The position numbers and the translations under genes are program-made. From the NCBI GenBank assembly GCA_002494015.1, contig DLAR01000031.1:55-64054 (forward strand): 64,000 nucleotides of DNA, given 5' to 3'. This stretch comes from Porphyromonadaceae bacterium UBA7042. GTDB lineage: Bacteria > Bacteroidota > Bacteroidia > Bacteroidales > Muribaculaceae. The notes under the pieces were generated by a model, which did not search any database, was not told where the DNA came from, and saw only the letters and a list, made by a program, of their open reading frames with translations. Below, piece after piece: positions 9,864-17,133 of the stretch (positions are counted from its first letter, which is position 1; every line of letters begins with the position of its first letter).

Positions 9864-10325
9864 ATGGAACAGACTCTTGTCATTTTCAAGCCATCGGCTG
9901 TCGGGCGCAATCTCGTAGGCCAAGTTTTGGCGCGTTTTGAGCAAAAAGGACTCATCATCGCGGGCTTGAAAATGATGCAACTCTCCGAAGAGATTCTGCG
10001 TGAGCATTATGCCCACCTTGTTAATCGTCCTTTCTTTCACGAGATACTCGACTCGATGACAGCGACCCCGGTTATTGTGCTCTGCCTTCGCGGAGTTGAT
10101 GCCATCGATGTAGTGCGTCTCATGACCGGTTCAACCAACGGCCGTCAGGCTGCCCCCGGAACAATTCGCGGTGATTTCGCGATGAGTAATCAGGAAAACA
10201 TAGTCCACGCCTCCTCGTCGCCCGAAGATGCCGTAGTCGAAATCAAGCGTTTCTTCCGTGATGAAGAACTGTTTGATTACACGCCTGTTACAATGAAATT
10301 TATTAACGGCCCGTCAGAAAAATAG
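9864..10325 (+). CDS. ndk: Nucleoside diphosphate kinase
   Basis: MEQTLVIFKPSAV...GTIRGDFA...NIVHASSS: the canonical NDK motifs including the active-site His region; 153 aa. Confidence 0.95.
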   Translation: MEQTLVIFKPSAVGRNLVGQVLARFEQKGLIIAGLKMMQLSEEILREHYAHLVNRPFFHEILDSMTATPVIVLCLRGVDAIDVVRLMTGSTNGRQAAPGTIRGDFAMSNQENIVHASSSPEDAVVEIKRFFRDEELFDYTPVTMKFINGPSEK

Positions 10326-10387
10326 CATTGTAACCCAGCTCCTCAGCCAATAATTGTCAGTCATCTCTTGCCTTAACCCTCTAAACA

Positions 10388-11230
10388 ATGAAGTTGTTCA
10401 AAAAATTAACCATAGCATTAACCCTCATTACAGCCGTCACTTCAGCTTCGCAAGCTCAGCGCCGACTTCCTGAATCCCATCAGGAACAGCATAACTCCCT
10501 CCTCGCCAACCAGCTCCCCGCAACTTCGCCCTTCAAGTTTGAGAACAATGACCGTCTCATGCAGGAAGTGCGCGACCGTGAACGCGAATCAATGATTGAC
10601 AGCGACGTTTTCACCCAGTTCTGGAACAGCCAGAGCGTGAACCCCTACGGAAACGCCGTCGTTATACCTGACCACAAAAATATTGACGTGTCAGAGTTTC
10701 ACATCCCTGTCCCCGGACGAGTGACTTCAGGCTATGGTTACCGCCCCCGTTTCCGCCGTGTGCACAAGGGAATCGACCTCAATCTCGCAGTGGGTGACAC
10801 TGTCCGCGCCGCATTCTCGGGCAAGGTGCGCCTCACAAGATATGAGCGCAAAGGGTACGGTTATTACGTCGTCCTCCGCCACGAAAACGGAATGGAAACT
10901 GTCTATGGCCATCTCAGCCGTTTTCTCGTGAAACCTGACCAGTATGTGCGCGCCGGCGAGCCTATCGCCCTCGGTGGAAACACAGGCCGCAGCACCGGCC
11001 CCCACCTCCATTTCGAGACCCGCTATCTCGGAATTCCCATCAATCCGGCAGCTATTATCGACTTTGAAAACAAAGTCCCCCACAAAGATATTTTCGCATT
11101 TGACAAGAAGACCTACGGCAAGTCACAGAACTACGCTCCCTCAAAGGCAAAGCGTAAATCCTATGCCTTCAAGTCGCGCACGTTAAAGAAAAAATCTACG
11201 GCACGTCGCAAGACTACTGCTAAAAAGTAA
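10388..11230 (+). CDS. M23-family (LytM-type) metallopeptidase with basic C-terminal tail
   Basis: HKGIDL...GHLS...GNTGRSTGPHLHFE zinc-binding motifs; signal peptide. Confidence 0.9.
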   Translation: MKLFKKLTIALTLITAVTSASQAQRRLPESHQEQHNSLLANQLPATSPFKFENNDRLMQEVRDRERESMIDSDVFTQFWNSQSVNPYGNAVVIPDHKNIDVSEFHIPVPGRVTSGYGYRPRFRRVHKGIDLNLAVGDTVRAAFSGKVRLTRYERKGYGYYVVLRHENGMETVYGHLSRFLVKPDQYVRAGEPIALGGNTGRSTGPHLHFETRYLGIPINPAAIIDFENKVPHKDIFAFDKKTYGKSQNYAPSKAKRKSYAFKSRTLKKKSTARRKTTAKK

Positions 11231-11340
11231 AGAAGCGGCTTCGCCCCCTATGCCTCTCGCGAGGATAATTTAACCAATCTGCAATCTCAGGAATTTACAT
11301 TTTTAAGGTATCGACGGTGATACCTGTATGGAAAAGTAAC

Positions 11341-11370
11341 AATGCCCGGTTCAGTGATGAGCCGGGCATT
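11341..11370. terminator. Hairpin between convergent genes (M23 peptidase / acyl-CoA ligase)
   Basis: aatgcccgg-N12-ccgggcatt: a 9-bp perfect stem. Confidence 0.4.
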
Positions 11371-11421
11371 GAATTTAAAAGGCTGTTATGAAACACCCTC
11401 TAAACGACCTCTAAATTGGGG

Positions 11422-13098
11422 TCAGTCTTTGAAGGAGTTCTGATAGAGATAGCGCTTGATTGAGCGTTTGGGTGTCTTTTCAAATTCTTCGTCGTAGATT
11501 TTAACCTGACGCACCTGTGAGTAGGCGGGGAGGTCACGGTTGAGCTGGGCGATGTTGTCATCCATGACGTGCTCGATTTCCGTGCCTGACAGACCTTGGG
11601 CCGAGGCGTTTTCAAGGTCGGGATAGATAAGGGCGACCAGTTTGCCGCCGCCGCCGTCGACGACTATCGACTCGCTGACATAGGGCATGTTGTTGAGCTT
11701 TTCCTCGATTTCCTCAGGGAAGATGTTCTGTCCCGAGGGTCCGAGAATCATGTTTTTGTCACGTCCGCGGATATAAAGAAACCCGTCGTTGTCGAGGGTG
11801 CAGATGTCGCCGGTGCTCATCCATCCGTCGGAGGTAAATATCGCCTTTGTCGCATCCTCGTTTTTGTAATATCCTTTCATGACGTTGGCGCCGCGCACAT
11901 AGAGCACGCCGGGAACCGTTGCCGGGTCGGGCGAGTCGATGTGCAGTTCCATGCGGTCGACGCAGCGCCCGCAGGATGCCGGGCGAGTCTCGTTCCACGG
12001 CGCGTAGGCAATCAGCGGCGCACACTCGGTCATGCCGTAACCCACGGTGAACTGGAACCCGATTTTGCGCAGAAATGTCTCTACTTCCTTGTTGAGTCCA
12101 GCTCCCCCGATGATGATTTCCTCTACATTGCCCCCGAAGGTGGCGGTCAGGCTGTTTTTGATTTTGGACATCAGGCGCTCGTCGACAAACGGCACATGCA
12201 TCAGCAGTTTCATCAGCGGTTTTTCAAGAAGCGGGAACACGCGTGTCTTGATGATTTTTTCGATAATGAGCGGGACGGTTACGATGATGCGCGGCTTTAC
12301 TTGGGCAAATGCCTCCATGATTATGCGCGGGGATGGGGTGCGCGTCAGGAAGTTTATGTGGCTTCCCGAGCAGAACGGGTGAATCAGGTCGATGGTGAGG
12401 CCATACATGTGGGCCAGCGGGAGCATCATCACCACGCCGTCACCCTCGGGGTGGGGCAGGTAGTCGCGGCAATACTGGAGGTTGGACCACAGGTTGCCGT
12501 AGGTCAGCATTACGCCCTTGGAGAATCCGGTCGACCCCGACGTGTAGCTGATGAGCGCAAGCTCGTCGGTGGTGTCTTGGTGGTAGACAACATCGGCGGG
12601 TGTAAAACGGTCGGGATATTTTTTCCCGAAAAGCTCGTTGAGGTGGGCGCGAGCGTTTTCAAGGCTTTTGTCATTGCTTTGCAGCAGCGAGAAATCCTTG
12701 ATGTTTATTGACCCGATGAGATTGGACATCAGTGCCGGGTCGAGATTTTCCCAGATGGAGTCGTCGACAAAGAGAAGTCGAGCCTCGCTATGGTTGACGA
12801 GATGGTGGATGTTGTCGGCCTTGAACTCGTGGAGAATCGGCACGATTACAGCACCATAGGTCACTGACGCGAAGAAAGCCACCGCCCATGATGATGAATT
12901 TTTGCCGCACAGGGCGATGCGGTCTCCTTTTTTTATACCGGTCTGCTCGAAAAGTATGTGCAGTTTGGCTATTTTGCGGGCCACATCCTTGTAGAGCGAC
13001 GATGTCCCGTGGAAGTCAGTCAGTGCCGGGCGTTCCCAGTTGTCACGCACTGCATCCTGAATGTATATGTTCAGATGGTCATGTCTTTTCGTCATCAT
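11422..13098 (-). CDS. AMP-binding long-chain fatty-acid--CoA ligase
   Basis: YTSGSTGFSKGV (AMP-binding motif I), GYGMTE, STGDI...GRDKNMI motifs; 558 aa. Confidence 0.9.
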   Translation of the reverse strand: MMTKRHDHLNIYIQDAVRDNWERPALTDFHGTSSLYKDVARKIAKLHILFEQTGIKKGDRIALCGKNSSSWAVAFFASVTYGAVIVPILHEFKADNIHHLVNHSEARLLFVDDSIWENLDPALMSNLIGSINIKDFSLLQSNDKSLENARAHLNELFGKKYPDRFTPADVVYHQDTTDELALISYTSGSTGFSKGVMLTYGNLWSNLQYCRDYLPHPEGDGVVMMLPLAHMYGLTIDLIHPFCSGSHINFLTRTPSPRIIMEAFAQVKPRIIVTVPLIIEKIIKTRVFPLLEKPLMKLLMHVPFVDERLMSKIKNSLTATFGGNVEEIIIGGAGLNKEVETFLRKIGFQFTVGYGMTECAPLIAYAPWNETRPASCGRCVDRMELHIDSPDPATVPGVLYVRGANVMKGYYKNEDATKAIFTSDGWMSTGDICTLDNDGFLYIRGRDKNMILGPSGQNIFPEEIEEKLNNMPYVSESIVVDGGGGKLVALIYPDLENASAQGLSGTEIEHVMDDNIAQLNRDLPAYSQVRQVKIYDEEFEKTPKRSIKRYLYQNSFKD

Positions 13099-13296
13099 TT
13101 TAAAATATAAGAAATAAAAGATAAAATATAAAAAATGGCTTCCGCCGCGGTGTCGTGTCGCAATTCACACCTGCATCTGTTATATTTTATTTTTTCGTTG
13201 TCATTTGTTTAAACGCAATGCAAGTCCCGAAACAGCACGGCTCATTGCGGCTTGTTACGGGACTTGCTATGTGGTTGAGCTGTAAGAAACAGCTTT

Positions 13297-13551
13297 TTAT
13301 TTCTTCTTGCGGTTGCCGTAGCGGCTCATGAACTTGTCTACGCGGCCTGCGGTGTCGACGAGTTTCTGCTTGCCGGTGAAGAAGGGGTGTGACGAGCTTG
13401 TGATTTCAAGCTTTACAAGGGGATAGGTCACGCCGTCAACTTCGATTGTCTCACGAGAGGCCACAGTGGAGCGGGTGATGAAGATTTCATCATTTGACAT
13501 GTCTTTGAAAACAACTTCGCGGTAATCGGAAGGATGGATGTCTTTTTTCAT
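13297..13551 (-). CDS. rpmE2: 50S ribosomal protein L31, type B
   Basis: [17 protein letters not shown]...[23 protein letters not shown]. It lacks the CxxC pair of type A L31. Confidence 0.95.
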   Translation of the reverse strand: MKKDIHPSDYREVVFKDMSNDEIFITRSTVASRETIEVDGVTYPLVKLEITSSSHPFFTGKQKLVDTAGRVDKFMSRYGNRKKK

Positions 13552-13625
13552 TGCTATATTGTTTTTTTATTTTTCAACGAAGAGTTTGTGCGCTGGTAAG
13601 GCGTCATGTTCTCGTAATGGCGCGG

Positions 13626-13633
13626 CAAAGTTA
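13626..13633 (-). promoter_or_regulatory. -7 box (TAACTTTG on minus strand) for rpmE2
   Basis: CAAAGTTA on the plus strand, 75 nt upstream of the ATG at 13551. Confidence 0.35.
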
Positions 13634-13687
13634 GTGAATTTTCTCCACTTGGCCAAGTTTTTGCCTGATAAAAAAGAAAAAATAAGT

Positions 13688-13719
13688 AAGAGAATTGGCT
13701 GGCAAGAGAATTGGCTGGC
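13688..13719. repeat. Perfect 16-bp tandem duplication (aagagaattggctggc x2)
   Basis: Read directly: 13688-13703 equals 13704-13719. Confidence 0.95.
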
Positions 13720-13809
13720 TTTCCGCATCACGCCCTAGACACATACCTGCCAAAGCTCGTAAGAGCCGAGCAACGTGTGGCTATCTGTGAGCCGCTCGAA
13801 GACCCATAA
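13690..13809 (+). pseudogene. mutS: Relic of the mutS N-terminal mismatch-binding domain (~38 codons)
   Basis: The frame reads ...[34 protein letters not shown]. This matches the conserved MutS domain I segment (..[28 protein letters not shown]). There is a stop immediately upstream (taa 13687-89), and homology ends at the AT-rich island junction. Confidence 0.65.
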
Positions 13810-13815
13810 TTGAAC

Positions 13816-14538
13816 TTAGCTATCCTTTTTTTCTTTAGATAAAGCCTCCCTAATCAAACCTTTAATAAAATCCTCGGCTTGGTTTTGGCCGATGGCTTCT
13901 ATTAAGTTATTATAGTCCTCTACTTCATTTCCGGTAAAGCTGAGTATTATGCGTCTCTCTTGGTTGCCTGAAATATGTGTATAGTTTTCTGGGAAAGCCC
14001 AAAAACATCCTAAACAAAAGGCAGGGTTCTTACTTTCCCAATTGGGACAATGCTCACATGACCAAGATTTTGCTCTATTTGCAGAAGGACAAAGTAGCAT
14101 AAAGAAGCTAGTATCTTTGCCCTGTTCGCCTGCTATTTCGTATGGTATTCTGTGATCAACCTGAAGAAGCGAAGGGTCTATAGACTCTTGATAAATGAAG
14201 CATATTGCACCATATTCTTCAATTAATGCCTTTTTTAGAGCTTTTGATAGCGCAGTTCTTCCTGCACTTTTAGACATCTTATCTCTATACTTCTCATAAT
14301 TTCCCAAACGATAGGCGGCAATGGTTCGTCCGTCAGAATCTTTTGTACGAAAAGTTTCTATTGGAATGCCTTGTTCGCGCACATCGCGAACTGCTCGAGG
14401 AGGATGATTATAGCCATAAATTGCTTTAATCTCCTCTGAGGTTATACTGCCGTTCTTTAATATATGAGCTATAATTGTTGCAGGTCGCTTTGCTGTTACT
14501 GAAAGAAGTTTCTTTTTAAATTCTTCTGAAATTACCAT
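13816..14538 (-). CDS. HNH-family nuclease with N-terminal winged-helix region; putative type II restriction endonuclease
   Basis: HNH core LQVDHRIPYE...CPSANRAKSWSCEHCPNW, plus a further Cys pair (CLGC). It lies 5 nt downstream of and is co-oriented with a Dam-family methyltransferase. The gene is visibly AT-rich. Confidence 0.55.
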   Translation of the reverse strand: MVISEEFKKKLLSVTAKRPATIIAHILKNGSITSEEIKAIYGYNHPPRAVRDVREQGIPIETFRTKDSDGRTIAAYRLGNYEKYRDKMSKSAGRTALSKALKKALIEEYGAICFIYQESIDPSLLQVDHRIPYEIAGEQGKDTSFFMLLCPSANRAKSWSCEHCPNWESKNPAFCLGCFWAFPENYTHISGNQERRIILSFTGNEVEDYNNLIEAIGQNQAEDFIKGLIREALSKEKKDS

Positions 14539-14543
14539 CGCAT

Positions 14544-15455
14544 TTATACAAATTTAAGTTCAGATTGATAACATGCTTCTTTATCAAGTTTTACGTTATC
14601 TAACAGATTCGGAGTAACATAAAGAGCCTCGATTGTCTCAATTCTTTTACCTAAATAAAGTGCTTGAGTTGAAAGTCCAGCGTTTAGGTTAATCTTTATA
14701 AGATTCAATTCAGAAGGAAGGTCTGCTCCATAAGTTTTATCACCAAGAGCTCCGTCATAGCTAATTAAGAAATCAATATTTCTTTTACATAATTCTTCAA
14801 TAGCCAAAACAAATTCTTCATAACTTAACCCTGCGATATAACGATGATCTCGGACATTGGAAACTCCCTGATAAGGAGGATCCATATATATAATATCCCC
14901 CGTTTTAGCCATTTCTAATATTTCCCGGAAATCTTTTGAATAAAAACGTGTTTTGCCATTTAGCAATAAAGAAATACCATAAATATTATTTCTCATGGTT
15001 TGTGGAGAGGTCCCATTTCTTCTTTTATCAGGGGATTGGTTAAATCCTCCCTCTGCATTATAGCGCACAGACCCTTTGACACAACGCGCTAAAAGATATA
15101 ACATATAAGAAGCTTTTCTTTCGCCGTTATTGAAGTCATCTCGAACCTTATAAAAATGAGCTTCAGAACCACCATTAAAAGTGAACTGTTCCTGCCATAC
15201 TTCAGTATATGCATCAATTAATACGTTAGGACTTTCTGTAGCAGACTGTATAACAGAGATAATGTCAGGATTTAAATCATTTATGATAAATTCTTTTGCC
15301 CTTTGTTGATAAGCGGTAGCAATAGAAATAGCGGCCATACCTGAGAATGGCTCAATCAATCTATTGAATTTCTTTGGGATGTACTGAAGAATCTGAGGGG
15401 CTAGTTTTCGTTTAGAACCCTGATATTGAACTATATGCGGAACTGACAATTTCAT
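14544..15455 (-). CDS. DNA adenine methyltransferase, D12/Dam family (alpha class N6-A MTase)
   Basis: N-terminal QYQGSKRKL and EPFSGMAAI (FxGxG SAM motif) and C-terminal IYMDPPY (DPPY catalytic motif), in alpha-class order. ATG at 15455 gives MKLSVPHIVQYQGSKRKL, like Dam N-termini. Confidence 0.85.
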   Translation of the reverse strand: MKLSVPHIVQYQGSKRKLAPQILQYIPKKFNRLIEPFSGMAAISIATAYQQRAKEFIINDLNPDIISVIQSATESPNVLIDAYTEVWQEQFTFNGGSEAHFYKVRDDFNNGERKASYMLYLLARCVKGSVRYNAEGGFNQSPDKRRNGTSPQTMRNNIYGISLLLNGKTRFYSKDFREILEMAKTGDIIYMDPPYQGVSNVRDHRYIAGLSYEEFVLAIEELCKRNIDFLISYDGALGDKTYGADLPSELNLIKINLNAGLSTQALYLGKRIETIEALYVTPNLLDNVKLDKEACYQSELKFV

Positions 15456-15524
15456 ATCGCAAATATACGACTTATTTTTAAATAACACAAGAAGCCAATC
15501 CCACGGATGCACGAGTGTCGCATC

Positions 15525-15871
15525 TTAATTTTTTACAACGTCAAAACTTTTTAATGCATAAAGTAGGCAGTCATTGTTCCATCCCGCATTCTTTCTATGT
15601 CCTTTGACACCCATTGATGACACTTTTGCGTTCCTGATAATGTTCAGTCCAATTCGGTTGGGCAGATGAAGAAATTTCTCAAGCCAGTCAATCTTGCATT
15701 ACCGTAGTCCTCGATTTCGTTCCATCCCTCGACTCAGCAGATAACTGCGCAAAGCGATATGAACAGGATAGCATCAAGGCTGTGTTTCTGTGTGCGTTCC
15801 ACGCGTGGGTTACTGATGGAAGAGAAAAATCTATGGGAGAGTTGGAAAGTATCATACACTATGAACGACTG
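15525..15871 (-). pseudogene. Decayed N-terminal fragment of an ISAs1-family (H-repeat-associated) transposase
   Basis: The minus-strand frame reads ...FFSSISNPRVERTQKHSLDAILFISLCAVICGVEGWNEIEDYGNARL.... This is the DDE_Tnp_1-associated N-terminal signature (DPR..R...H.L.DIL.I..CA...G...W..IE.). It is then frameshifted to ..FLHLPNRIG... There is no start codon and no DDE domain. Confidence 0.6.
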
Positions 15872-15986
15872 TCAGCCTATTTATATTGGTAAACTGCCGT
15901 TAAGTTTATTTAAGATGCGTCTGCCCTGTAAAACCCCGGTTTTGTCCCGAGTAATATTTAATCCGTAAGTATTATTCTTTGAATAG

Positions 15987-16014
15987 CCGGGGGTTGCAGT
16001 TTCGCAACCCCCGG
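15987..16014. repeat. GC-rich hairpin A (ccgggggttgc-N6-gcaacccccgg)
   Basis: 11-bp perfect stem read directly. It shares the core GGTTGC..GCAACC with hairpin C. Confidence 0.8.
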
Positions 16015-16033
16015 AAACATGTCATCGAGTAAA

Positions 16034-16090
16034 TAAAATCTGTAAAGATTTTTCAATCACCCGCATCAAGAAAAATCTTTACAGATTTTA
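16034..16090. repeat. AT-rich hairpin B (20-bp perfect stem, 17-nt loop)
   Basis: taaaatctgtaaagattttt ... aaaaatctttacagatttta. Confidence 0.8.
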
Positions 16091-16109
16091 TGTTTAATTC
16101 GTTAATTTA

Positions 16110-16136
16110 CCGTAGGTTGCCTTGCGCAACCTACGG
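16110..16136. repeat. Hairpin C (ccgtaggttgc-N5-gcaacctacgg)
   Basis: 11-bp perfect stem. It lies downstream of the minus-strand porin gene and may act as its terminator. Confidence 0.8.
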
Positions 16137-16262
16137 CTGTTCAAGGAGGCAATATTGTCAGATTGCTATTGCGCCGCACAGTCGCTAAACCCCGGCGTGG
16201 CTAAGTTAGAGCCATTGCGCCACGCTGTACCGCACTGCTGTTTATTTGTTACCTGTCATCTG

Positions 16263-17021
16263 TTAAAAGATGTATCCGACTGTGGCGAAGAAGTTGAAGT
16301 TGTGGCAGGTGGGTTTGCTGATGCCGTAGGTCTTGGCGATGTTTTTGAACCCGGCCTGAGTGCGCACCCCGACGGTCACCCGGTTATAGAATGTCAGGCC
16401 CGTCGCGATGTGCAGGCCGATGTCAGAGCGGTGGTATGAGTTGATGAAACTGCCCGAGTTGTTGAAGTATCCGGTCTTGGCAGTGCTCCCGTCGAGAATG
16501 AGCTGGCCCAAGTCGTTGATACTGGCGGTGTAGATGGTGGCGTTCTGTTTTCCTCCCGAGCCGTAGCTGTAATAGAGGCCGCAGTCCACATTCCATCTGA
16601 CGCAGTCGGCGAGGTTGAAGTTGAACGAGGCATAAACCGGAATGTTGAAGTAGCGGAAACTGTTGCGCAGATACACGTCGCTCAGATGGCGGTCATCCTT
16701 GGCTGTGACGTTAAAGGTGATGCGCGTGGAGTTGAATGTCAGGTTGAGCTCTGTCCCGATGGCAAAAAAACGGTTGAAATTAAACTTGGCCCCGGCTCCG
16801 AAGCCTCCCGCGGCGCGCATCGACGAGTTGATGTCAGAAATCTCGGGGAAGATGTCGGTGTAGTTGTTGGTTACATAGCTCCCGCCGACGAGGGCGTGAA
16901 CGTCAATTTCGATAAACCGGTCACTCTTGCCGGTGTCGATAAATGCCACGTCGGCGGCAGCGGCGGTCGTGATGCCGAGCAGCAGGGTCAATATTGCGGA
17001 GATACTTTTTTTCATAATCAA
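16263..17021 (-). CDS. Outer-membrane beta-barrel (porin-family) protein
   Basis: Signal peptide MKKSISAILTLLLGITTAAA, alternating beta-strand pattern, C-terminal ...ATVGYIF. Confidence 0.6.
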   Translation of the reverse strand: MIMKKSISAILTLLLGITTAAAADVAFIDTGKSDRFIEIDVHALVGGSYVTNNYTDIFPEISDINSSMRAAGGFGAGAKFNFNRFFAIGTELNLTFNSTRITFNVTAKDDRHLSDVYLRNSFRYFNIPVYASFNFNLADCVRWNVDCGLYYSYGSGGKQNATIYTASINDLGQLILDGSTAKTGYFNNSGSFINSYHRSDIGLHIATGLTFYNRVTVGVRTQAGFKNIAKTYGISKPTCHNFNFFATVGYIF

Positions 17022-17133
17022 TAGCGTTTAACGAGACCAAAATTAACCTAAAAAAACGAATCTGCAAAATGCAAAGCGGCTGTTGGGGCCAAATAGGCCA
17101 AAACAGCCGCTTTGTGTTATGTAATCAATGTCA

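Noticed and set aside
11596-12711. 371-aa ORF on the plus strand
   Set aside because: It lies entirely antisense to the clearly recognisable AMP-binding acyl-CoA ligase gene. It is a Val/Gly/Asp/His-rich shadow ORF typical of GC-rich coding regions, with no motifs.
13297-13551. L31 type B as a marker of a Zur-regulated zinc-sparing paralogue
   Set aside because: Many Bacteroidetes carry type B L31 as the main copy. I saw no Zur-box-like palindrome in the upstream region, only a standard -7 box.
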